DNA of 59,795 nt, the filler included, from Blastocystis sp. subtype 4 (lineage: Eukaryota): NCBI RefSeq assembly GCF_000743755.1. It is 2 parts of 2 records of this genome, joined end to end, with 100 filler letters (N's around TTAATTAATTAA, not from the genome) between each part and the next. Parts side by side here need not be neighbours in the genome. Positions count along the whole stretch, not along the records: positions 1 to 29,931 come from NW_014569428.1; positions 30,032 to 59,795 come from NW_014569426.1. One strand, written 5' to 3'. Positions 27,383-39,074 of this stretch are shown piece after piece; positions within the stretch are counted from its first letter, which is position 1, and each line of letters begins with the position of its first letter. The position numbers and the translations under genes are program-made. Under the pieces are notes generated by a model. The model was given only the letters and a program-made list of their open reading frames with translations, was not told the DNA's origin and searched no databases.

Positions 27383-28577
27383 ATGGGGATAATCTTGGAA
27401 AAGCCAGTTGTTGATAAGGAAGTTTTCACTTTCTCACAATCTGGATATAAAGGTGCCATGGTGTCAATGCAAGGGTGGAGAAGTGGAATGGAAGTAACTT
27501 TTGGATTCCAACTGTTTACATGAAAGGATGCCTATATAGCAGCACCATCGATGAGTTTCGATGAGACGACTGGTTTCTTCGGTATTTTTGATGGCCATGG
27601 AGGAAAATCAACGTCACAATATTGGTAATAATACAAATCCGACGTCAATATCTAGCGCAGACAATCTCGTTGCTTTCTTGGAAAAACAAATAAAAGACGC
27701 TTCGCTTGAATCTGTAGGATTGAAGTATGATATTGAAGTAGACTCCCACACCTGAACAATATGGAACGATTCTACGAAATGGTTTCATTTCCTTTGATCA
27801 AGAATTATATGCAGCTCAAATTGTAGTTTCATTCGGTGATGTTAATAGTAGATGGAAAGTGGAAGTACTGGTATTGCTGGTTTTGTAACTCCCACTCATA
27901 TGATTATATCAAATCTTGGTGATTCTCGTTGTGTTTTATTTACAGATGTTGAAACCATTCCTCTTTCAGTGGATCAAAAACCTGACAATGTGATGTATTG
28001 AAAGTCTAATGATTGTAGCCCTCAGAGAAGAGTAGAATAACAGAAGCAGGAGGAATCGTGTTTAATGGGCGTGTAGATGGAGATTTGGCAGTTGCTCGTG
28101 CATTTGGTGATTTCAATTACAAGAGACGCAAAGATCTGCCTCCAGAAGCTCAGGAGGTGAGTTGTGAGCCAGAAGTCCTGATAAGAGAGAGACATGAGAA
28201 TGATGCTTTCTTATTATTTGCCTGTGATGGCATTTGGGATGTGTGGAATGATATGGATGAAGTGAGAGAAGTGTTAACAGAGTTGATGGTTATCATATGT
28301 GAATGATGTGATTTGTAGCAGAGTTATGAACGATTAGAAGATGCCTTGTCTAGTTTCCTTGATTTGAGTCTTGAACGAGGAAGCAAAGACAATATGAGTG
28401 TGTTGGTTGTACTCTTGAATCAACCTCCTTTGTAAGAAAAGGGATTCAAGATGAGAACTAGGATTGATTCTGTGAAAGTGGAAGCCCAAAAGGAAAAGGA
28501 TCGATTGAAGAGAGAGGCAGAGGAACAAGCGAAGAGAATTGAAGAAGAACAGAGAATGGATAATGATAAGGAGATTT
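27383..28577 (+). CDS. Protein phosphatase 2C (PPM family), N-myristoylation candidate
   Basis: MGDNLGKP, SMQGWRSGMED, FDGHGG, NLGDSR, LAVARAFGD, ACDGIWD, GSKDNMS. The genomic TGA (28589-28591) lies at the end of the octamer; the predicted poly(A)-made stop is at T28577. Confidence 0.92.
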
Positions 28578-28658
28578 CTCTTGTTTGTTGATAGATCATT
28601 TGAATCTGAGAATCAGGTTACAACTCATGACTTGGAACAAAGAAACTATCTGAATCAA

Positions 28659-29931
28659 CTAGACATAAGAACTTCGGCTTCGAATAAACGATTCAAGAGC
28701 AACAGCATCTACATCTTATCTTCAACTCTTAATCAGACTTGTTGCATTCAATTCATAAACACTCTCAAATTGATAATTACCACTGCTAATGATATCAACT
28801 AAGGTGAGAGTTGGAATATCTACTCTCAACTCAATTCATTAGTCATACTCTCCAAAACAACAGATCCAATATACCTGAAACAATAGGAAGGAATGTGCAT
28901 TGACATAAGAATATTCAGATCTAATCATCATTCTTCCTTCTATTCATCACTCTTCATTGTTAGAGTGTTTCGATAATTGAAAGGAGCTGTACTATTCGAT
29001 TTACGATCATCTCCTCCATCTCCTTCAAATGCTCCTTGATAAAGATACATGGATTCAAATCTTGGCAGATCTGATTATTACTCCTTCATTCAATTATTAC
29101 TCTCAAATCGAACTGAATGACAACCACCAAATGAAGAGCTGCCTACAGATATGGATTGCAAATACGGTAGATCTGACTATCACTTCTACATTCACTTATT
29201 ACTCCCAAATCGAACTGAACGACAATATCTGAATGAATTACTGGCAAATGATATGGATTCAAGTGAAAGTAGATCTGATTATTACTTCTTCATTCAATCA
29301 TTACTCTCAAATTGAACTGAATCACACTGACTGAATGAATCGCTTCCTACAGACATGGACTGAAAACTCGGGAGATCTGATTATTACTCCTTCACTCATC
29401 CTTACTTCTAAACTGGACCGAATGACAACCACTGAATGAATTACTGGCAAATGATATGGATTCAAGTGAAAGTAGATCTGATTATTACTCATTCATTCAA
29501 TCATTACTCTCAAATCGAACTGAATGACAACCACCAAATGAATAGCTTCCAATAGATATGGATTCAAGTGAAGGCAAGTCTTTCAATCATTTCTCACACT
29601 CATTCTCACCAATCAAATCAACATCATAAGCATAATAGAAGTTATAAGATTGATCAACAGTTCCAATGGAGATGGTTCTGAGTTGAGGAAGATTGGATAG
29701 ATCGAATACACAATAATCAGAGAATGAATATCGTCCAATAATCAATTCTCTCAGAGATCCACAGTTCTTCACATGAAACTCTCGATTTGATCTTTCAGCA
29801 TAAGACATTCTGCTCCTTGTGAATGAGTTCATTCCAATATGAATTGAAATCAATTCATTCAGTCCATTGACTATGAACTCAATTGGTGAACCAAAAGAGT
29901 CATCTCCAATAGTGACGGATTTGAGATGAGA
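28659..29931 (-). CDS. Leucine-rich-repeat protein (expanded family), 3' part; truncated by assembly gap
   Basis: 24-aa LRR units (LPxLESISxGSxSFxGCHSVxFE) each encoded by a 72-nt exon; ends ...FIRSRSSYV*. Confidence 0.7.
29067..29580 (-). repeat. 102-bp tandem repeat = 72-nt LRR exon + ~30-nt intron
   Basis: AGATCTGA anchors at 29067, 29169, 29271, 29373, 29474. Confidence 0.85.
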
Positions 29932-30031
29932 NNNNNNNNNNNNNNNNNNNNNNNNNNNNNNNNNNNNNNNNNNNNTTAATTAATTAANNNNNNNNNNNNN
30001 NNNNNNNNNNNNNNNNNNNNNNNNNNNNNNN
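29932..30031. other. Assembly gap with artificial six-frame-stop linker
   Basis: 44 N + TTAATTAATTAA (29976-29987) + 44 N = 100 nt. Confidence 0.95.
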
Positions 30032-30407
30032 TCAATACTTCTCCTTCCCATCTCATTCCATCATCATTCAAATCAACAATCTCATTCTCAACCAATTCAC
30101 TCAAATCCATTTCATTCAATTCTTCTCCTTCCAATCCTTTCAATATTCTCATCGAATGATTCAATACATTCACTATCATCAATTCCACTTCATTCTCTTT
30201 TCTATTCCACTTCACTTCTATCACTTCATCTCCTCTCTTCAATACTCCTCTCATGTCACCATTCTCAACATTCATTTTCAACATACTTTTCTTCGCTTCT
30301 TTCATAGCTATCTCGTGAAAGCATTGTTTCGCCTTTATTCTCTTCCATTTAGCATTACTCCATGAGAATGATTCTTTGTTGTTGATTGCTACTTGAGTAT
30401 CATACAT
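30032..30407 (-). CDS. N-terminal part of MORN-like/LRR family protein, truncated by gap
   Basis: Open frame MYDTQV...IVDLNDDGMRWEGEVL running into the N gap; linkage to the LRR part across the gap is not proven. Confidence 0.55.
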
Positions 30408-30422
30408 TTTTCATAACAAAAC

Positions 30423-30486
30423 AATGAAAGTCTTGACTTATCTGATTCATATCGGGTAATGAATCAGATAAGTCAAGACTTTCATT
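30423..30486. repeat. Perfect 28-bp inverted repeat with 8-nt loop
   Basis: AATGAAAGTCTTGACTTATCTGATTCAT (30423-30450) - ATCGGGTA - ATGAATCAGATAAGTCAAGACTTTCATT (30459-30486). Confidence 0.95.
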
Positions 30487-30920
30487 CGCTAATGCAATCT
30501 GATTCTGAATATTAGATTGTGCTTCTTTGTAATATTCGTTCCCATCATATCATTCTTTTCTAAGGATCTCTGTAAGTAATGACACAACGAAAATATCAGT
30601 GAGGAAGGAATTGTGGATTCTTAATGCGCTCTCAATAATGCAGATCATTAAAGCATTATAACTACAATAACTCATTGCTATTCACTAACCATCTTCTTTA
30701 GTATCAGACAACCCAGAACGCTCCATCCGTACCTTAAGAGTATAGCACTCCACTGTCTGATATCTTGAAGTATTGGTATATCTTGTGTTAGAACCTGTAG
30801 ATTTGTACTCTTGTAGTATGATAAGGATGACATCTAGAATCAGATTGTTTAGTATTTTTTAAGGTCACGTAAATGCCTATTGCTGTTAATTAATACTTCA
30901 GTGTCTATCAAACAAACAAG

Positions 30921-32272
30921 TCAAACTAATGAAATGAATCCCTTACCTACAAAAGAAGGGATTTGTTGAGCTAAGGCACAACCAACAAGTGTAAAGGTAC
31001 TTCCAGACGTACCATAACATTTACGACTCCTTCCAAGCAACATAAGTTCGCTTACCGACAGTAATAATTGCCGAGATGTCTTCTCGGGTATTAATAACTG
31101 AGTATCTACAATGGCTACTCGTTCATTATTCATTCGAATTCGATTCACTGGAATGTATTGAGTGATATTCGTCTTTACAATCTGAGAATCTGTAGAAAGG
31201 AATAGTAACCCTTCTGTTCGTTGTAACAAATGAAATGCATCACAGATTTGTTCACTAGTTAGATACACAGAAGGATCAGGAGTATCACTCAATTTACCAC
31301 CACAACGCAGATGAACTCCAATAAACGGAGTTGAATCGTAATTTGGAAATATCACGTTCATCGCATTTAATACTTCCTGTTGAGGGAGCAACACTGATTT
31401 AAGAACTCTTCCCATTGTTAGTATGGAGAGCTGAGTTGTGCTCAGATTCGCGTTTTCAATCAAAAAACCATGCTGACTCATAAAATGACGAATATTTGGG
31501 TTCTCTACCATCCAGCCCACAAAGTTTTGATATCCAGTTACAATACAATATTTCCGCGGGAATAGCCCACTAATTGAATCTTGAAGAATTGCATTGTGGA
31601 ATAATGCAATTGGCTCTTTCAGAACTCGTGGATCATGTAAATAGAATATAGTTCCTTGATACACACATTGGGCAATCTCTACTCTCCACCTTTCCATTTA
31701 TTAGTACCTGCATCAGGAAGTTCAATGAACTGGCCTGGAAATAATTCTTTCAGATTCCACAAGCGTTTCCATAACATACTCTTTGATAGGAGAATACGAA
31801 TGTGGTAGTAGGAGGAGAGAATGTAGATTCCAGCAAAGATCTGGAGTCGGTTACATAATCCCTTGATATTTGGGATCACAAAATAGTGTTCCTCTGGAAA
31901 GGATGCATCGATGTTGATTGTCACTGGAAAATCTCCGATTTTCAATAAGCGTTCTCCCAATGTGATTTCCCATGACCACGCGACAATGTTTCCCGCATAC
32001 AAGAAGGACTTATTTTGTGGAGGCGAATAAGGGACCTCAGATACATAAACCAATCTAATACTATCATTGCTGAATACAGAAACGGGAATATAATCAGTTT
32101 CTGGAGAAGATGTAGTAAGCGCAAATTGATACACAAATGAAGCATTCTTCTTGGTTTCAGGATTGTTAAATTTCATAATGAGCCAGTTATGATTCTCTTT
32201 GAAGGAAGGAGAGTGATGAGCAACAAAAATGAAAAACAACAGAAATAGTCCAGTCCAAATATCCCTTCCCAT
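30921..32272 (-). CDS. Type II membrane fucosyltransferase-like glycosyltransferase (FUT/NodZ/O-FucT superfamily)
   Basis: N-terminal TM; GLCNRL; motif I GVHLRCG, motif II LFLSTDS, motif III ELMLLGRS...GTSGSTF; one intron ~31679-31707. Confidence 0.75.
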
Positions 32273-32449
32273 TCATCAAATGCAATTTAAGAATGATCAG
32301 TCCCTCAATGGCGAAGAGAATGCATAATCACGGGAATTAAAACTATTATTGTAGAATGATATTTCCCAAGTAATACGGGTTGTGAATGTCTGGAGAAGAA
32401 CTAACAACTCAAAGACTCTCCAATATGGTGAACAAAGATATGGTTGCCA

Positions 32450-34090
32450 TCAGTAGATAGAGTAGCCACGAGTTCGACGTCGAATATATTGGTCAAGAGA
32501 ATAAGCATCTCAATCATTATCAATTAATCAATCATACGTGAACTAAGTAAGTCTTCGGTACACCAAAATGCATATCTCAACTGAATTCCTTCATTAGGGA
32601 GTGTTGGAATATCTAATTCAAATTCAATGACATTCATCACTTTCCAGCATCACTTGACTTATAAACACGAAAACACTCTCTCCTCTTAATAGAGTTAGAG
32701 AAGGGAGATCTGATCAATCAGCATCATTATCATTCATACTCCTCATTATCAACTCATTTGACTGAATTGAAATATTATCACCTTCAAGAGCCTCCTTTCC
32801 AAGTATGATGGATTGAAGTCGAGGCATATCTCACTCTCATTCATTCAATCATTCATACTCTCAATACTAATTGATTGACAATTAGAGAATGCACAGTCAT
32901 CCAATTGAATGGATATGATAGAGGGAAGACACTTCAATTCAATGCGTTCATACCACCAGAACGATGCCTTTTTAATGAGAATACTACACAATTGATCACA
33001 ATTCATTATCACACATTCGCTTCCATTCTTATTCGTCTCATTGAGTTCAAAGCTCCTCTCTCCAATGATCAGAGTTTTCAGTTCATTCAATCCATCAATC
33101 ACAAATCGAGCACATTTTTCAAACAATCATTTCCAATCTCAACTCTTCGAATTCCTTGCAAACTATCACTATCAAATACACTCAAATCATTTCCATAACC
33201 ATCTTCAAATAATAGAACACCATGATTACCGCCAACCCACATTCGTTCTCTTACCACTCTCATATTACCTCCATTTTCTAGTCCCTCGTCATCTCTCAAC
33301 CCATTCTTCCATTCCCCAAAATACACAGGATGTCCATCTACGTATATAGTCCCTTCTCCATGTCGTTGTCCATTCCCAAACATTCCTGTATATACAATGG
33401 ATTCTCCATCCCTGTCATACTCTGTTCCCTCTCCATTACGAACAAATGCATATCCATTACGAACATACCCTCCTTTGTAACTTCGATTACCTATATTATC
33501 ATATTCAGTCATCTCATTTCCTTTTATCTCGCGAACAATTTGTTCCACCACACCATTCTTGAACAAGTATTCGCGATTCACTTTTCCATCACTAATCTCA
33601 TACCATAAACCTCTCTAACTATAGCTTCGTTATCGAAACCACTCCCTATCACCTGTCCACTCTCATTCAACTCATCATACCGTTCCCTCAGTATATAATT
33701 CTTCCTCAATCTTAAACACATTCTCCCTTCTTCATTCATTTCAATCACATCACCTTCCGGAATATCATTTACAAATTCCAGTACCCAGCGAACTCCATTT
33801 CCTTGTCTTATCAATCCTTTCCCTTCCTTCTGTTCTGCATATTCACTTCCATTTTGCAACATAGATGCATGTTCCCCAAGTGAATTACTGCTTCTTCTCC
33901 ATTTAGTTCGATTCTATCAGTGATTGAATCATCTACAATTTCAGGTGAGTATTTAAATCCATTCAAATTAATAATTGATGCCATTTCAGTATAAGCACTT
34001 CGACCATCTATCACAATTTGTTAACTGATCATTAACAATAATAGTGGCTATTTCAGTTTCTACCACTATTCTTATCATTATTATAGTCAT
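32450..34090 (-). pseudogene. MORN-like + LRR family gene with multiple frameshifts
   Basis: MORN-like YTGMFGNGQRHGEG, YFGEWKNGLRD and LRR exons; frame changes without splice signals near 33865, 33610 and 33110. Confidence 0.7.
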
Positions 34091-34306
34091 ATGGGAATAA
34101 CATATTGTAGAAGTAATTAAAGGTTGAGCGATGAACTGCTAGTTCCATAGCTGTTATCAAGTTCTAAATGGACAACTGATAAAGAATTGACTGAATGACA
34201 AATGATTATCAAATACCCATTCCCTGATAATAGAATCTGAACCCTATTCACATATGATATGCACTCTGACTCTGTTAAGAAGATTGTGGATTCTCAACAA
34301 ACAAAT

Positions 34307-37300
34307 TCAATGATTCTTCATACCTCTATTACTATTCATAAAATTACCTAATCATTGATACTAAGACCGATTTCCAAAGACTGCAAAGACTGCAAAACAC
34401 AAAACACATAAGGAAATAACGATGACCTTACCAAACCAATACAATCCTTGACTCATTGCATAACTATCCATCATTGTTCTAATTAATACTCACTTCAACG
34501 ACATATAAGGAACCATTCCTCCTGTTATTCCTGTATTCGACTGTAGCCAAGCTAAACCAAACAGAAGAAGATGTAATGCAGCAATGAGTACTACATAAAG
34601 AACAGTGATATTCGGAATCAGCAATAGAAGCATGACATCTTGAAGACCATAAATACAATAGAACACACTGTGTGATATGAAATCGCGATCATCACTACCA
34701 ACGAAATTAAGAAAGAGCCATTCCATTAAGAATCCCTGAACTGTTGCTAATAGAATATAATAGACAAAATATGAGATAGAATATGCATTTGTATGATGCT
34801 TATTATCACTGTGATTGTAATAGCGATAAATGGATGGATTATTCAATAATTGTTCATCTGAATAGATTCGCTTAGTTACAAGAGAAGCAATTGGAAGCTA
34901 AAATCAACGATATACTGAATCCTTACAAAGATTGCTATAGAATAGTAAGTAAGATAATATGAATTGAATTGTGAAGCTCCACTAAAGAGTGAATAAAAAC
35001 TGTAACTAAAGAGTAATCAATACAGAGGAGACAAACATGCATTGACATGCACAAAGAACAACACTTTTATATAGACTATAGAATGTTATTGTCCAGCTAC
35101 GACTAAAATTATTCACTCCATGAACAGTAAGTAAGCGATGCAGGTAGTGATAGTGAGTAATGGTAAAATCTGCTGCACGAGATGCTTGCATACCTTCTTT
35201 ACCTACCAATCCAATGCCAACAGAACTGCATTGAATCATCGACACATCATTGCCACCATCACCTACAGCCATTACAGTCTGATGTGTAGTATGCTTCACA
35301 GCATCCACAATTTCAGCCTGATAATGAATACATACTCATTGTCATACTTTCTGACGTGGAGTCACACGACAACATAATACACTCTTGCACAGACACAAAC
35401 ATTCGAATAGTTCTTTATATGATACATCTTTCATTCCCTTCAATTGGGATAACAGATATCCTGATAACACCACTACTAACGAATCGGCATTCCCTAATTG
35501 AATTCGAGAGATACACTGTTTCACACTCTCTGTTGCATTCTCTTCTGGAAGCATAATCAGTTCATCCTTCGTATCAATGAGACCACAAGCACGCGACACG
35601 TTGATGGCAGTAATCATCTGATCTCCAGTAACCAACCACTGATGGATTCCACATTCATGGAAATACTAACTATTCATGGAATAACAAAACCCAACCTGAA
35701 TTGTCTCCTTTACATTCTCTTGCAGTCGATCTTCGATTCCACTTACTCCCAGTAAACTCACCTCCCGTTCAATTTGAGACATTCTACTAGTTACTGGATC
35801 AAGAATCACTTACGCAGCTGTGACCGCATCATCACGATCTTTGAGTTGAATTTCTGCAGCATGCATTGTTGCCGCCAAATCTTCCCACTCATTATCGGTG
35901 AGCTGGCGATAAGCCATTACTAGTGTTCGATATCTGAATGATAGAACGATAAGAATTGTACCCTTGAGCAGCACATTCATCATGAGCTTGTCTAACGGAG
36001 CTCATATCAGAACTGTTAGAAAGAGGAAGGATAGAATCATCAGCACCCTACACATGAATGAATATAATAAATCCTTCTTTTAGGAATACAAATATCGACC
36101 CATTTTTAACATTCTTAACAACTATAGACATTCGCTTTCTCTCACTGGTGAATGGGTTCAATTGAAGGACCTCCCATTCCTCCTCCTCCTTATCACATAC
36201 GCGAACAATCACCTTGTGATCATCTCGATGAAGAACACAACTTCCGAGTTGAATACAACCCATAAGAAGTGCTGTTTCATCAGGATTATCAGATTTGATG
36301 GTGTTACTAAGAATGAAACACGAATTGCAAAGAAGAATGCATCGTTGGAACAGTTCAAATTGGCTTGAATTTTTGGAAGTGTCAAAGTCTGGATGAATTA
36401 TGGAAGGTGAATACTGGTAAGTGTCTGGATTCCGAGATTGAATTGAGATATGCGTTGAATAACACCATAATTCTCTGAGGACAAGCTCATTGCGAGTAAT
36501 CGTTCCTGTCTTGTCATTAAGGATATATCGAACACTGCCCAGAGTCTCACAGAGAGAAGTACTGTTACAATGAATGCCATGAATAGGAGGAGGAACAGTA
36601 GTATCAGTGTCTTTCACAGCCACCATAACCTCATTATCAATACCACTAGTAACAGGATCTGTTACAGCATCACTAGTACCATTCATCAGAGTACCACTTG
36701 ACACAGTCATGTCACTCTTCATAGTAACACTTCTAGTCTGTTCCACACTATTGTTCATCACTCCTCATCACTCCAACAAATGTTCATCTGAATGAATAAA
36801 CAGTGTATAGATCAATTTGATCAGTTCCAATGTCACTTTAAGAGTTGAAGGCACCATTGCCACGTTGAGTAACAAAAACCGTAATGGAATGATCAGTCCA
36901 AAATTACTCAAGTTTCTCTCCAAATACCAACGTTCTGCCTTTCGATTCAACACGTAACCGAATGGTGACAGAATGACCATTAGAAGAATCTATGCGAATT
37001 ATGACCACTGAACATACAAACTTGAAGAATCACAACAACAACTGTGAAAGTACTCGTCATACGATCAGAAACAGAGAGTTTCAAAATAGGCTTGTTTTTG
37101 TTCTGACCAAACTTCGTCTGATTTCCAGTATACACAACAGCACCATAACTAGGAATCAACCTGATCCTGGAATTTCACATATATTTGGTATTCTGCAGAT
37201 GCGTTACCTGAAGAAGAAGATTAGATGAACTAAGTCCAATTTCTTGCTTTCCATTCAATGTCAACCTGATCATTAATTCTCCTATCAAACCCTACTTTCC

Positions 37301-38094
37301 ATCAAATCGATAAATATGTGCATCCGGATTTCCACAATCAATCTCAATTTCTACAGTATTCAAATTTTTCTGAATCTGCTCCTGTGAATCGGATTGCAAA
37401 GATTCTCGCAACACTTCAGGGACTTTTCGAAGCTTCAGATTGGCTTCTCCATCAATATTGGATGTTTGAATGTAAGAGTGACCATTACTGTCACTTGAAC
37501 ACAATAAGACCAAATCGCATGGAATTTCTTCATTTTCTTCTACGTGGAATGAAGAAAACTTCATTCCAGAATGATAAGGATATGTATACAATATCTCCAA
37601 CGCGAATGTCTTGGGATTGAATTTCAACTAACAAATCTCCGCGCAACACACGCACTATTCTTCGGTTTGCTTTCTAAGACGTTAATTCATAATCGATTCA
37701 CAACCAAATCAATTCGATATCGATTAATATCTTCTACGGCCTCACGAATACCTGTGAGGGTGAAAATGAAAATAATCGGAATCCAAGTCGTCAGCGGGTT
37801 GTAGGCGGAGATAATCGGAAACAACTAGCGAATGACTTTCCAATTCCAAATCTCACTTCTAAGCAAGCTTCTAACACAAAATATGCATTTAAAGGTTGTC
37901 TGAATCATAGTAAGACGACAACACCTACATCAACTGTTCAAAAAGATTCACAAAAATGAAGGACCACCATCGGTACTTTGTGTTCCTTACGGTATTCGTA
38001 CCAAAACCATGATTCACATGATTCACACGAATATGACCTAAAAAAACTCATTAGAAAGACAAAACGAGTTACGGAATGACCCTTTCCCTTCCAT
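34307..38094 (-). CDS. P4-type ATPase (phospholipid flippase)
   Basis: IPCDLVLL, TSNIDGEANLK, MVPSTL, DKTGTIT, NPDETAL, FTSERKRMS, VTGDQ, CRVTPRQK, GDGGNDVSMI; many short introns. Confidence 0.92.
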
Positions 38095-38355
38095 TCACTT
38101 TCCACTCAGAATGATTATGCCGAAACAAATCGAACTTGAAAATGAATCTTCATGAACAGAATGGAGTAAGAATGGTATCTGGCATATTCGCATCATCCGC
38201 ACACTCTCTGATCTCCCATTTCAGATACGCGTCCTGAAGGATGATAAGAAGAAACATCCTCCATTCTAAAAATGCACATTATACAGAAAGTTCAAACTGG
38301 TGCATTCCAACAAACAGTCCTATCTCTCAATTCGTTTGCCTTATCCATAGAAAGA

Positions 38356-38914
38356 TTAGTTCTTCTTAACAGCTCTGGCCTTGAAACGGCAGAAATCAGT
38401 CATGGAGGCCTTCTTAGCACGAGTCGCCAGCTTCTTAGCCCAAGCAGTCTCGTTCCACTTATTCTCAATAGAGGCTACAAATGATCAATTTTCAGATTCA
38501 AACGCCTACCATCCTTGAAAGCAGCAGCCACAGCTTCAGTCTTAGCAGCACGCTCCAGAGGAGTCACGAAATCAGTAAGGTAGAGACGAGCAACCTATGG
38601 AAATGAAATTCACCAGTAAAACACCTACAGAAATCTGCTGTCTCTTTACACCAGTGGAAGGTCCATCAATAAGCACCTACAGCATTACCAAACGTATCTA
38701 ACCACAAACTCTCTTGCCGTCGATGATGTCAACGATAATGCAGAGCTTTCCAAAATCAGGTCCGTAGTTGATATAGGCAACACGTCCGACCTCAACAAAA
38801 CGAGTGAACACCTAAAAAGAGAATAAGAACAAGTACAGCTAGAAATCCAGAGAACCACCAATTCCCCATCCAAATTCCCTCCAATGCCATCAACAAGGTA
38901 TTACAACTTACCAT
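38356..38914 (-). CDS. RPL14: 60S ribosomal protein eL14
   Basis: ATG then 100-nt intron, [31 protein letters not shown]...WAKKLA...MTDFCRFK. Confidence 0.93.
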
Positions 38915-39074
38915 AATGAATCAATATGAAAGAACAAACGAATTCTGAATGTGTTTGGAGAAAAGGGGTGTTGGGATTCTGCAACCGCAATTGTGGTCCC
39001 AGAAGTGGTTCATTTTGGGACCTTTGATTTCCCATAATACTGATATTCAAAACAAACAGAAAGAACTCACAACA

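Noticed and set aside
29976..29987. TTAATTAATTAA palindrome
   Set aside because: Centred in exactly 100 nt of N padding; an artificial contig linker, so adjacency across it is unproven.
38100..38260. Possible box C/D or U3-like RNA on the minus strand (GATGATG...CTGAGTGG)
   Set aside because: Box C is imperfect, no convincing terminal stem or rRNA guide; the region is also the P4-ATPase upstream sequence.
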